From a virus (Duplodnaviria > Heunggongvirae > Uroviricota > Caudoviricetes): a stretch of 64,000 nt of DNA. The position numbers and the translations under genes are program-made. How positions within the stretch are numbered: position 1 is the first letter of the stretch; every line of letters begins with the position of its first letter. The notes beneath the pieces are model-generated. The model saw nothing but the letters and a program-made list of their open reading frames with translations. It was not told the DNA's origin and searched no databases. Shown one piece after another: positions 32,617-42,155 of the stretch. The DNA lies in IMG/VR virus record IMGVR_UViG_2529292922_000010. One strand, given 5' to 3'.

Positions 32617-33009
32617 ATGTCTGATAAAGTAACAGTAAAGCAAACTATCAACAAAGCGACTTCAATCTACAAAATTGAGCACATCACTGTTGGCAAGCCA
32701 GGATCTGAACAATACCGTCATGCTTTCGAGCTTGCCGCTCAGCTTGGTTTAAAACACCCGGATTGCATTGAGCATGTATTTCCGACCTATGCTGATGAGC
32801 AATGTACTCATGTTCTTACCGAAGAGGATTTTTTCAGCACTGAAGAACGAGAAGGCGTTGATCGCTGCATTGGTGTGATTTGCTCTTCAGTGAGTTATGA
32901 GTTATTCCCTAATGTCCATGAAAATGGTGGTATTGGATACCAATTCCTGTACGAAGGCGATGAGCTTAAATGTTATGAACATGGTCTTCTTATCGAAAGC
33001 GTAGAATAA
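32617..33009 (+). CDS. Hypothetical protein, 130 aa
   Basis: ORF with RBS. Confidence 0.5.
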   Translation: MSDKVTVKQTINKATSIYKIEHITVGKPGSEQYRHAFELAAQLGLKHPDCIEHVFPTYADEQCTHVLTEEDFFSTEEREGVDRCIGVICSSVSYELFPNVHENGGIGYQFLYEGDELKCYEHGLLIESVE

Positions 33010-33022
33010 TACCCTTCCTTCC

Positions 33023-33047
33023 AACCGGCTATGTTGGCCGGTTTATT
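33023..33047 (+). terminator. Rho-independent terminator-like hairpin
   Basis: AACCGGC-loop-GCCGGTT then TTTATT. Confidence 0.5.
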
Positions 33048-33051
33048 CAAC

Positions 33052-33060
33052 TTATCCACA
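33052..33060 (+). promoter_or_regulatory. DnaA box at plasmid origin
   Basis: TTATCCACA, exact consensus. Confidence 0.65.
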
Positions 33061-33065
33061 GCATA

Positions 33066-33159
33066 GATCCAATAAACAGATCCCAAAGAGAACCTAGGAA
33101 GATCCAAAGAAGATCCCGGATCGCTGTAAGCCGCGCCGTTCATGGCCTGAAACGGGATC
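33066..33159. promoter_or_regulatory. Cluster of five GATC (Dam) sites at origin
   Basis: GATC at 33066, 33079, 33101, 33112, 33156, mostly in AGATCC context. Confidence 0.6.
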
Positions 33160-33163
33160 AACA

Positions 33164-33268
33164 TTGACTATACGCGATTTTATGTTGACTGTGTGCGATT
33201 TTATGTTGACTGCACGCGATTTATTGTTGACTATACGCGACAGAAACGTTGACTGTACGCGATTTTAG
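33164..33268 (+). promoter_or_regulatory. Five direct 21-bp iterons upstream of repA (incC-like)
   Basis: TTGACTRYRYGCGA at 33164, 33185, 33206, 33227, 33249. Confidence 0.75.
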
Positions 33269-33343
33269 AGCCTGAATATTCACAGCTGTTGATAACAGTC
33301 ATCTAAATTAACGCCAGGCCGCGCCACACATGGAGAAACCACG

Positions 33344-34228
33344 ATGCCGGAAGAAAGTAAAGGCTTCCTTAGCGTTGAAGAAGTTGCAGGAAATACAGGA
33401 GAAATCCACAGCCTGAAGCCCAATAACAACAGCACTATACAACCTATCGCTTTGTTGCGCTTAGGTGTGTTTGTGCCAACCTTAAAATCTACCAATGTGG
33501 CACTACGTCGCGGATCGTCAGTTACTACAAACACAACGAACGCAACCGAAGAACTATCAAGCCTTAAAATTGTTGAGCAGGAAGGCTATGAGGGAATTGA
33601 AATTCATGGCCCACGCCTGGATATGGATACTGATTTTAAGGTGTGGGTGGGCATAACCTCCGCGTTGTTTGACTACGCACCTGATGATGACGGCATAATC
33701 ACCCTGCCATTCTCCGAGTTTGCCGATCGATGCGGCTATCCACGTAAGCGCCTTTCAAAGGCGTTCCGTAAAAGTATTGATGACTCTCTGACACGCATTC
33801 AGCAGACAGTTGTCAAATTCCGCTTCCCGGCGGCAAAAGGTCATCTCAATAACATTAACGTCAACTTGTTGGCATATAGCAGCCTGAATACCGAGCTTGA
33901 TGTTATCGAGATCCAGCCGCAGAAACAGCTATCTGAACTTTACTATGTTGACTATAAGCGAATCCTGAAGCTGAAGATGCTGGATAAGCTCGGGCGCAAA
34001 GAGACGGCCAAGGTACTGTATACATTCTTTGAGGCTCTACCCGCCAACCCGGCACCTGTCAGCATTGAGCGCCTTAGAGCAAGGCTTAATCTCAAATCAT
34101 CCGTTAGCGTGCAAAATAGCGTTATCAGAAAAGCCATGAAAGATTTGGAAGCTATTGAATATCTTAAATTTTCAGAGATAAAAAACGGCAGGAAAATCGG
34201 CTTCCAGATCCATAAGCGCAATCCATAA
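33344..34228 (+). CDS. repA: Iteron-binding replication initiator
   Basis: 294 aa; flanked by direct iterons upstream and bidirectional iterons downstream; GGAGAAA RBS. Confidence 0.8.
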   Translation: MPEESKGFLSVEEVAGNTGEIHSLKPNNNSTIQPIALLRLGVFVPTLKSTNVALRRGSSVTTNTTNATEELSSLKIVEQEGYEGIEIHGPRLDMDTDFKVWVGITSALFDYAPDDDGIITLPFSEFADRCGYPRKRLSKAFRKSIDDSLTRIQQTVVKFRFPAAKGHLNNINVNLLAYSSLNTELDVIEIQPQKQLSELYYVDYKRILKLKMLDKLGRKETAKVLYTFFEALPANPAPVSIERLRARLNLKSSVSVQNSVIRKAMKDLEAIEYLKFSEIKNGRKIGFQIHKRNP

Positions 34229-34230
34229 TA

Positions 34231-34495
34231 TTGACTATATGCGATAGCGAGAAGTTGACTATAGGCGACATTCGTTGACGCTGGTGGATTTTTGCTGGCG
34301 TCAATATTCTGCAAGTCGCTATTGAGATGGCTTTTAGGGTCATTTCATCGCGTATAGTCAACGTTTCTCCCGACAATATCTTACATAGTCGATCTTTGGT
34401 GGAGTTAAATCGACTACAGTCAACTTTTGACTGTAGTCACATCGCGCATAGTCAACTATTCACATTAACTTTCGCGTATAGTCAACATTTGCGCG
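34231..34495. promoter_or_regulatory. Downstream iteron array, both orientations (incA-like copy control)
   Basis: At least 7 copies of TTGACTRTAGKCGA at 34231, 34255, 34348(rev), 34410(rev), 34427, 34443(rev), 34482(rev). Confidence 0.7.
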
Positions 34496-34520
34496 GTTCT
34501 CATCAAGCAGTGGTATTGAT

Positions 34521-35330
34521 ATGCAAGAAGAGAAACAACACTACCTCTACGTTCTGGTGCCGGAGAATGGAGATACTTTTAAAATCGGCATTTCATGTGG
34601 TCCATTGGCACGGTTTAAAGGGCTACAAGTGAGTCCCGATTTTGCGCTTTCACGGGTCTATCGTGGTACGCGTTTGGCAATAGTTAATCTTGAGCGGGCT
34701 TTACACGCAACCTTTTTCCCCTGGAATGCGCCGTGGGAGAAAAGCGCTGGTGGCGGGCATACTGAATGGTTTACACGAGAGTGTCTTGATAAGGTTTTGG
34801 CTCATATCGAATATCTAAATGATATGTGGGGAGGGATTCTCGAGCGCATTAAGTCGAATGATTTACTTCAGCGTCCAGTAGATGCTGCCCGCTCTTTCGA
34901 AAAAGAGCTGGATGTTACTTCTATCGTGACTTTCAAAGATGACGCAGGAATGAGGGACGTGGCTTATGTCTCCATATCTGGCTATGAACCGGACGCGATC
35001 CGCGCTCAATGTGAATTGCTGAAAGCAATGTTTATGCTTCGGACTAAATATTCCTGGGAGACAAGGCGGGTGTGCTTCCCTATGGAAGAGTTAACCGCCA
35101 CCATTGATTCCCAGCTTTACCACGATAATCCAGAGAAGTTTTTTAGCCTTTTAGCCGGTAATGGGCTTAACTGTGTGTCCGGGCTGGGGCGAAGTAGAAT
35201 CCAACATGCCTCGCTCTTCGGTCCCTTCTTTTACGATCGACACGGGTACTTTGAGGCTGAACTTCCGGCGCTTACGCGTGCCATAGATACTATCGATTTC
35301 GAACGATTATTCGCTGCTCTTAGCAAATAA
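34521..35330 (+). CDS. GIY-YIG-like (T5orf172-type) domain protein, 269 aa
   Basis: N-terminal YLYVLVPENGDTFKIGIS...EWF; own terminator; sits between iteron array and parA promoter. Confidence 0.5.
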   Translation: MQEEKQHYLYVLVPENGDTFKIGISCGPLARFKGLQVSPDFALSRVYRGTRLAIVNLERALHATFFPWNAPWEKSAGGGHTEWFTRECLDKVLAHIEYLNDMWGGILERIKSNDLLQRPVDAARSFEKELDVTSIVTFKDDAGMRDVAYVSISGYEPDAIRAQCELLKAMFMLRTKYSWETRRVCFPMEELTATIDSQLYHDNPEKFFSLLAGNGLNCVSGLGRSRIQHASLFGPFFYDRHGYFEAELPALTRAIDTIDFERLFAALSK

Positions 35331-35337
35331 CACTGAT

Positions 35338-35358
35338 GCCCCTGAACGGGGCTTTTTT
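35338..35358 (+). terminator. Rho-independent terminator
   Basis: GCCCC-TGAAC-GGGGC followed by T6. Confidence 0.7.
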
Positions 35359-35445
35359 GTGCCCTCCTTGTAACTCTCAATCGTGCAAAATGAACCAAAC
35401 ATGCAGAGAATGCTATGTACAAGCATCTGTGCATACATTATTATT

Positions 35446-35485
35446 TTATGCAGCATTTTTAATTAAATTCAAAAATACAGCATAA
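35446..35485. promoter_or_regulatory. Imperfect 15-bp inverted repeat upstream of parA (candidate par operator)
   Basis: TTATGCAGCATTTTT ... AAAAATACAGCATAA. Confidence 0.4.
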
Positions 35486-35498
35486 AGGATGGCTTTCG

Positions 35499-36695
35499 AT
35501 GAGTGATTCCAGCCAGCTTCACAAGGTTGCTCAAAGAGCAAACAGAATGCTCAATGTTCTGACTGAACAAGTACAGTTGCAAAAGGATGAGCTACACGCG
35601 AACGAGTTTTACCAGGTCTATGCGAAAGCGGCACTGGCAAAATTGCCTCTACTGACTCGAGCGAACGTTGACTATGCCGTGAGTGAAATGGAAGAAAAGG
35701 GTTATGTTTTCGATAAACGCCCTGCTGGCTCTTCAATGAAATATGCGATGTCAATTCAGAACATCATTGACATATATGAACATCGCGGAGTGCCAAAATA
35801 CCGGGATCGCTACAGCGAAGCGTATGTGATTTTCATCTCCAATCTTAAAGGCGGTGTGTCAAAAACTGTATCGACGGTTTCTCTGGCGCATGCAATGCGT
35901 GCTCACCCTCATCTTCTGATGGAAGATTTAAGGATTCTGGTTATTGACCTTGATCCGCAATCTTCAGCAACGATGTTTTTAAGCCATAAACACTCTATTG
36001 GTATCGTAAACGCAACATCTGCACAGGCTATGTTGCAGAATGTAAGCCGTGAAGAGCTGTTAGAGGAGTTTATTGTTCCTTCTGTTGTACCTGGGGTTGA
36101 CGTTATGCCTGCGTCGATTGACGATGCCTTTATTGCATCCGATTGGAGAGAGCTGTGCAATGAGCATCTACCGGGTCAAAACATCCATGCAGTCCTGAAA
36201 GAAAATGTGATTGATAAGCTGAAGAGCGATTATGACTTTATCCTCGTTGATAGTGGTCCTCACCTTGACGCCTTCCTGAAAAATGCTTTGGCCTCGGCCA
36301 ATATACTGTTTACACCTCTGCCGCCTGCAACGGTTGATTTCCACTCATCGCTTAAATACGTTGCCCGCCTTCCTGAGTTGGTAAAACTCATTTCGGATGA
36401 AGGCTGCGAGTGCCAGCTTGCGACTAACATTGGTTTTATGTCCAAGTTGAGTAACAAGGCAGACCATAAGTATTGCCATAGCCTGGCTAAAGAAGTGTTC
36501 GGTGGGGATATGCTTGATGTCGTCCTCCCTCGCCTTGACGGTTTTGAACGCTGCGGCGAGTCTTTTGACACTGTTATTTCAGCTAACCCGGCAACGTATG
36601 TTGGTAGTGCTGATGCATTGAAGAACGCGCGAATTGCCGCGGAAGATTTTGCTAAAGCAGTTTTTGACCGTATTGAATTTATCAGATCTAACTGA
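35499..36695 (+). CDS. parA: Type Ia partition ATPase ParA
   Basis: 398 aa (P1 ParA length); Walker A KGGVSKT; long N-terminal HTH extension. Confidence 0.9.
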   Translation: MSDSSQLHKVAQRANRMLNVLTEQVQLQKDELHANEFYQVYAKAALAKLPLLTRANVDYAVSEMEEKGYVFDKRPAGSSMKYAMSIQNIIDIYEHRGVPKYRDRYSEAYVIFISNLKGGVSKTVSTVSLAHAMRAHPHLLMEDLRILVIDLDPQSSATMFLSHKHSIGIVNATSAQAMLQNVSREELLEEFIVPSVVPGVDVMPASIDDAFIASDWRELCNEHLPGQNIHAVLKENVIDKLKSDYDFILVDSGPHLDAFLKNALASANILFTPLPPATVDFHSSLKYVARLPELVKLISDEGCECQLATNIGFMSKLSNKADHKYCHSLAKEVFGGDMLDVVLPRLDGFERCGESFDTVISANPATYVGSADALKNARIAAEDFAKAVFDRIEFIRSN

Positions 36696-36711
36696 GGAGT
36701 AAGAAACCCCC

Positions 36712-37713
36712 ATGTCAAAGAAAAACAGACCAACAATTGGGCGAACCCTTAATCCTTCAATATTAAGCGGATTTGATAGTTCTTCAGCCTCTGGCGATCG
36801 AGTCGAGCAGGTATTCAAGTTATCAACTGGTCGCCAGGCCACATTTATTGAAGAGGTAATACCTCCGAACCAGGTAGAAAGCGATACCTTTGTTGATCAG
36901 CATAACAACGGGCGTGACCAGGCATCTCTTACGCCAAAATCATTAAAAAGTATCCGAAGCACTATTAAGCATCAGCAATTTTACCCTGCAATAGGTGTTA
37001 GACGGGCTACAGGGAAAATTGAAATTTTGGATGGTTCCCGGCGTCGAGCTTCTGCCATCTTAGAGAACGTAGGGTTGCGGGTTTTAGTCACGGACCAGGA
37101 GATCAGCGTTCAGGAAGCGCAAAATTTAGCGAAAGACGTTCAGACAGCATTGCAGCACAGCATTCGAGAAATAGGTCTGCGTTTGATGCGAATGAAAAAT
37201 GATGGGATGAGTCAGAAGGATATTGCAGCCAAAGAAGGGCTGTCTCAGGCGAAGGTCACGCGTGCTCTCCAGGCAGCGAGTGCTCCGGAAGAATTAGTTG
37301 CCCTTTTCCCTGTGCAGTCGGAATTAACCTTTTCGGACTACAAAACGCTTTGTGCTGTTGGCGACGAAATGGGGAACAAGAATTTAGAGTTTGATCAGCT
37401 TATTCAAAACATATCCCCGGAAATAAACGACATCTTATCCATTGAAGAAATGGCCGAAGATGAAGTTAAAAATAAAATCCTGCGCTTGATAACAAAGGAA
37501 GCCTCACTACTCACGGATAAAGGTTCTAAAGATAAGTCCGTAGTTACTGAATTATGGAAATTTGAGGACAAGGATCGCTTTGCAAGGAAGCGCGTGAAAG
37601 GCCGTGCATTTTCTTATGAGTTTAATCGACTTTCAAAAGAGCTACAGGAAGAACTCGACAGGATGATTGGGCATATCCTTAGAAAGAGCCTCGATAAAAA
37701 GCCGAAGCCTTAA
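36712..37713 (+). CDS. parB: Partition protein ParB
   Basis: 333 aa (P1 ParB length); parS follows. Confidence 0.9.
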   Translation: MSKKNRPTIGRTLNPSILSGFDSSSASGDRVEQVFKLSTGRQATFIEEVIPPNQVESDTFVDQHNNGRDQASLTPKSLKSIRSTIKHQQFYPAIGVRRATGKIEILDGSRRRASAILENVGLRVLVTDQEISVQEAQNLAKDVQTALQHSIREIGLRLMRMKNDGMSQKDIAAKEGLSQAKVTRALQAASAPEELVALFPVQSELTFSDYKTLCAVGDEMGNKNLEFDQLIQNISPEINDILSIEEMAEDEVKNKILRLITKEASLLTDKGSKDKSVVTELWKFEDKDRFARKRVKGRAFSYEFNRLSKELQEELDRMIGHILRKSLDKKPKP

Positions 37714-37717
37714 ACTT

Positions 37718-37801
37718 TCGCCATTCAAATTTCACTATTAACCTACTGTTTTTAAAGTAAATCCATCTAAAATTTCAAGGTGAAATCGCCACGATTTCAC
37801 C
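37718..37801. promoter_or_regulatory. parS partition site
   Basis: Box B TCGCCA (37718, 37786) and box A ATTTCAC/GTGAAAT (37729, 37780, 37794) flanking an AT-rich spacer. Confidence 0.75.
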
Positions 37802-37938
37802 TTGGATTTTACCTTCCTCCCCTACTCACGAAAAAAATAAAAAAATTGCTTGTCACGAGAAAGTCAACAAGTGACTTTCAATAAAATCTCTTCCGAAAAG
37901 GGATTCACACAAGTGCCTTGTGTTTAAGGAAGAGTAAA

Positions 37939-39645
37939 TTGAGTAACTTACGCGAATACCAGAATCGTATTGCAGATATCGCAAAACGCTCTAAAGCTGT
38001 GCTTGGCTGGGCAAGCACTGCGCAGTTCGGTACTGATAACCAATTCATTAAAGATGATGCCGCGCGTGCCGCATCTATCCTTGAAGCTGCACGTAAAGAC
38101 CCGGTTTTTGCGGGTATCTCTGATAATGCCACCGCTCAAATCGCTACAGCGTGGGCAAGTGCACTGGCTGACTACGCCGCAGCACATAAATCTATGCCGC
38201 GTCCGGAAATTCTGGCCTCCTGCCACCAGACGCTGGAAAACTGCCTGATTGAGTCCACCCGCAATAGCATGGATGCCACTAATAAAGCGATGCTGGAGTC
38301 CGTCGCAGCAGAGATGATGAGCGTTTCTGACGGTGTTATGCGTCTGCCTTTATTCCTCGCGATGATCCTGCCTGTTCAGTTGGGGGCAGCTACCGCTGAT
38401 GCGTGTACCTTCATTCCGGTTACGCGTGACCAGTCCGACATCTATGAAGTCTTTAACGTGGCAGGTTCCTCTTTTGGTTCTTATGCTGCTGGTGATGTTC
38501 TGGACATGCAATCCGTCGGTGTGTACAGCCAGTTACGTCGCCGCTATGTGCTGGTGGCAAGCTCCGATGGCACTAGCAAAACCGCAACCTTCAAGATGGA
38601 AGACTTCGAAGGCCAGAATGTACCAATCCGAAAAGGTCGCACTAACATCTACGTTAACCGTATTAAGTCTGTTGTTGATAACGGTTCCGGCAGCCTACTT
38701 CACTCGTTTACTAATGCTGCTGGTGAGCAAATCACTGTTACCTGCTCTCTGAACTACAACATTGGTCAGATTGCCCTGTCGTTCTCCAAAGCGCCGGATA
38801 AAGGCACTGAGATCGCAATTGAGACGGAAATCAATATTGAAGCCGCTCCTGAGCTGATCCCGCTGATCAACCACGAAATGAAGAAATACACCCTGTTCCC
38901 AAGTCAGTTCGTTATCGCGGCTGAGCACACGGTACAGGCGGCGTATGAAGCACAGCGTGAATTTGGTCTGGACCTGGGTTCCCTACAGTTCCGCACCCTG
39001 AAGGAATACCTGTCTCATGAACAGGATATGCTACGTCTTCGCATCATGATCTGGCGCACTCTTGCGACCGACACCTTTGACATCGCTCTGCCGGTTAACC
39101 AGTCCTTTGATGTATGGGCAACCATCATTCGTGGCAAATTCCAGACTGTATATCGCGACATTATTGAGCGCGTTAAATCTTCTGGTGCGATGGGGATGTT
39201 TGCTGGTGCTGATGCAGCATCTTTCTTCAAACAGTTGCCGAAGGATTTCTTCCAGCCAGCCGAAGACTATATCCAGACTCCGTATGTTCACTACATCGGT
39301 ACCCTGTTCGGTAACGTGAAAGTGTACGAAGTACCTGCTGGTATTTGTAAGAACTTAACGACAGAGAACATTCAGTTCAGCTCGATGGATGTGCTGTGCT
39401 ACGTCCGTGATGAAAATCCGGGTAAAGCAGGCTTCGTGACTGGTGATGCTGTCCCGGCCATCCCGTTCCAGCATCCGACCACTCCGGCGCTGGTCAACCG
39501 TACCACGCTGTGGGGTTCGGCTATCAATGATATGCACCCACGCAACGGCGCTGATTACTTCACTCGTGTAACGCTGACAATGGCCAAAAAAGGCGGGCTT
39601 AACTTCATAAGCGGCGACACGATTGATGCCGGTGACTCTGAGTAA
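37939..39645 (+). CDS. Large virion structural protein (major head or sheath candidate)
   Basis: 569 aa from TTG 37939 with AAGGAAG RBS; first gene after parS; track ORF begins at 37918. Confidence 0.5.
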   Translation: MSNLREYQNRIADIAKRSKAVLGWASTAQFGTDNQFIKDDAARAASILEAARKDPVFAGISDNATAQIATAWASALADYAAAHKSMPRPEILASCHQTLENCLIESTRNSMDATNKAMLESVAAEMMSVSDGVMRLPLFLAMILPVQLGAATADACTFIPVTRDQSDIYEVFNVAGSSFGSYAAGDVLDMQSVGVYSQLRRRYVLVASSDGTSKTATFKMEDFEGQNVPIRKGRTNIYVNRIKSVVDNGSGSLLHSFTNAAGEQITVTCSLNYNIGQIALSFSKAPDKGTEIAIETEINIEAAPELIPLINHEMKKYTLFPSQFVIAAEHTVQAAYEAQREFGLDLGSLQFRTLKEYLSHEQDMLRLRIMIWRTLATDTFDIALPVNQSFDVWATIIRGKFQTVYRDIIERVKSSGAMGMFAGADAASFFKQLPKDFFQPAEDYIQTPYVHYIGTLFGNVKVYEVPAGICKNLTTENIQFSSMDVLCYVRDENPGKAGFVTGDAVPAIPFQHPTTPALVNRTTLWGSAINDMHPRNGADYFTRVTLTMAKKGGLNFISGDTIDAGDSE

Positions 39646-39705
39646 TCAGGGGAAGTTCTCCGTTTAACATAGCGCCCCCGTGCGGGGCGCATAACAGGGA
39701 AAGTT

Positions 39706-41295
39706 ATGTCTCAATATTCAATTCAACAGTCATTAGGTAATGCATCCGGCGTCGCTGTTAGCCCGATCAATGCCGATGCGACGTTATCTACCGGTGTTGC
39801 ATTAAATAGCAGCTTGTGGGCTGGTATTGGCGTATTTGCGCGTGGCAAGCCGTTTACTGTTCTTGCGGTTACTGAGTCCAATTACGAAGATGTTCTCGGC
39901 GAACCGCTGAAGCCGTCTTCCGGCTCACAGTTCGAACCAATTCGCCATGTGTACGAAGCTATTCAGCAAACGTCTGGTTATGTTGTCCGTGCTGTTCCGG
40001 ATGATGCGAAGTTCCCGATTATTATGTTCGATGAATCAGGCGAACCGGCTTACAGTGCGTTGCCATACGGTTCTGAAATTGAACTTGATAGCGGCGAAGC
40101 CTTTGCTATCTACGTTGATGATGGTGATCCGTGTATTTCACCTACCCGTGAGTTAGCCATCGAAACGGCAACAGCGGACAGCGCGGGTAATGAACGCTTC
40201 CTCTTAAAACTGACCCAGACGACTTCGCTCGGCGTGGTAACGACCCTGGAGACACACACTGTGTCTTTGGCGGAAGAAGCGAAAGATGACATGGGCCGCT
40301 TGTGTTATCTGCCTACGGCTCTGGAAGCCCGTTCTAAATATCTGCGCGCGGTTGTTAATGAAGAGCTGATTTCGACGGCGAAAGTAACAAATAAAAAATC
40401 GTTGGCGTTCACTGGTGGTACCAACGGTGATCAGTCGAAAATATCAACAGCTGCGTACCTGCGTGCGGTGAAAGTGCTGAACAATGCGCCGTACATGTAC
40501 ACCGCTGTTCTTGGCCTGGGCTGCTATGACAATGCGGCTATCACCGCATTAGGTAAAATCTGTGCAGATCGCCTTATTGATGGCTTCTTTGATGTCAAAC
40601 CGACATTAACGTACGCAGAAGCACTACCAGCTGTTGAGGATACCGGTTTACTTGGTACCGATTATGTAAGCTGTTCTGTCTATCACTACCCGTTCTCCTG
40701 CAAAGACAAATGGACCCAATCCCGTGTGGTCTTTGGTCTGTCTGGCGTGGCGTATGCGGCGAAAGCTCGTGGCGTCAAGAAAAACTCTGATGTCGGCGGT
40801 TGGCATTACTCACCGGCTGGTGAAGAACGTGCCGTCATTGCTCGTGCGTCAATTCAACCGCTGTATCCGGAAGATACCCCGGACGAAGAAGCAATGGTCA
40901 AGGGCCGTCTCAATAAAGTATCTGTTGGCACCTCTGGCCAGATGATCATCGACGATGCTTTAACTTGCTGCACGCAGGATAACTATCTGCACTTCCAGCA
41001 CGTCCCATCCCTGATGAATGCAATCAGCCGTTTCTTTGTCCAGTTAGCCCGACAGATGAAGCATAGCCCGGACGGTATTACTGCGGCTGGCCTGACTAAA
41101 GGGATGACCAAACTTTTAGATCGCTTTGTCGCCTCCGGCGCTCTGGTGGCTCCTCGTGATCCTGATGCTGACGGTACAGAACCGTATGTGCTGAAAGTTA
41201 CGCAGGCGGAATTCGATAAATGGGAAGTAGTCTGGGCCTGCTGCCCGACTGGCGTAGCCCGTCGTATCCAGGGCGTACCGCTGCTTATTAAGTAA
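39706..41295 (+). CDS. Large virion structural protein, 529 aa
   Basis: Long ORF with RBS. Confidence 0.5.
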   Translation: MSQYSIQQSLGNASGVAVSPINADATLSTGVALNSSLWAGIGVFARGKPFTVLAVTESNYEDVLGEPLKPSSGSQFEPIRHVYEAIQQTSGYVVRAVPDDAKFPIIMFDESGEPAYSALPYGSEIELDSGEAFAIYVDDGDPCISPTRELAIETATADSAGNERFLLKLTQTTSLGVVTTLETHTVSLAEEAKDDMGRLCYLPTALEARSKYLRAVVNEELISTAKVTNKKSLAFTGGTNGDQSKISTAAYLRAVKVLNNAPYMYTAVLGLGCYDNAAITALGKICADRLIDGFFDVKPTLTYAEALPAVEDTGLLGTDYVSCSVYHYPFSCKDKWTQSRVVFGLSGVAYAAKARGVKKNSDVGGWHYSPAGEERAVIARASIQPLYPEDTPDEEAMVKGRLNKVSVGTSGQMIIDDALTCCTQDNYLHFQHVPSLMNAISRFFVQLARQMKHSPDGITAAGLTKGMTKLLDRFVASGALVAPRDPDADGTEPYVLKVTQAEFDKWEVVWACCPTGVARRIQGVPLLIK

Positions 41296-41304
41296 GGGAA
41301 TACA

Positions 41305-42120
41305 ATGAGCAAAAACTTTTTTCAATCCGGGGCATTTTTGGGGAATGGACTGTCTCGTTTCGCTTTGAACTCTGATCCTGTGCAGCTGATGGAGTCTGCC
41401 CGAGCAAGCGCCGAACCGCCAACAGATCCGGTTATTAATAATAATCCGGAACCGGCGGCACAGACTAACGATAACGTTCCATCTGCCCCGGCTCCTGAGC
41501 AAATCCTGGAAGGGAAAGACGGTAAAGAATGGACCGTCGAACAGGCGCACCAGATGATTCTGGAAGCTGCAAATCGAAGTGCTATGCAGAATGCGTTGAG
41601 TGATGCGGCCGACGCCGTTTTCGCCTGGGCTGATAGCGGTGATCTGACTTTCGACTCCCTTGATGGTTTCGTTCAGGCTATCGCTGGTATCTCTGATGAC
41701 GACGACTCCGAAGTTACAGAAGAACAGGACGATGCCTATAACGAAGCATGGGCAAATGTTGCTGACTTCCTCGCAGCATGCGGTGTAGATGATGACCTGA
41801 TCGAAGCACTGGCTGACGATGAAGACGACGACGCAGCTGCTGATGTTGGTGCCTCTATCGCTGGTTTAGATAGCGACGACCGCGACGAACTGGAAGCGGC
41901 GTTTGTTGTTGCTGGCACTTCTGATGAAATGCTGACTGAAGCATTTAAGAAGGTTGTTCGTAACGGTGAGATCAAACTCATCCGTAAACGCCTGCGTAAA
42001 AAACGTCTGACTGCGGCTCAAAAATCGGCGCTGAAAAAAGCGCGTCGAAAAGCCCAGACCGGCGCGGCAAAACTTGCCCGCAAAAAGTCAATGAAACTGC
42101 GCCGTAAGCGCCTTGGCTAA
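41305..42120 (+). CDS. Highly acidic protein with polybasic C-terminal tail, 271 aa
   Basis: Asp/Glu-rich through ~residue 215, then KLIRKRLRKKR...KLRRKRLG. Confidence 0.5.
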   Translation: MSKNFFQSGAFLGNGLSRFALNSDPVQLMESARASAEPPTDPVINNNPEPAAQTNDNVPSAPAPEQILEGKDGKEWTVEQAHQMILEAANRSAMQNALSDAADAVFAWADSGDLTFDSLDGFVQAIAGISDDDDSEVTEEQDDAYNEAWANVADFLAACGVDDDLIEALADDEDDDAAADVGASIAGLDSDDRDELEAAFVVAGTSDEMLTEAFKKVVRNGEIKLIRKRLRKKRLTAAQKSALKKARRKAQTGAAKLARKKSMKLRRKRLG

Positions 42121-42155
42121 AGGAGGAGGCCGGAGAACTCCGGCCTTTAACTTGA

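Noticed and set aside
37830-37917. Operator-like ATTGCTTGTCACGAG upstream of the first structural gene
   Set aside because: Only the first six positions match the operator consensus; more likely part of a late promoter or parS flank.
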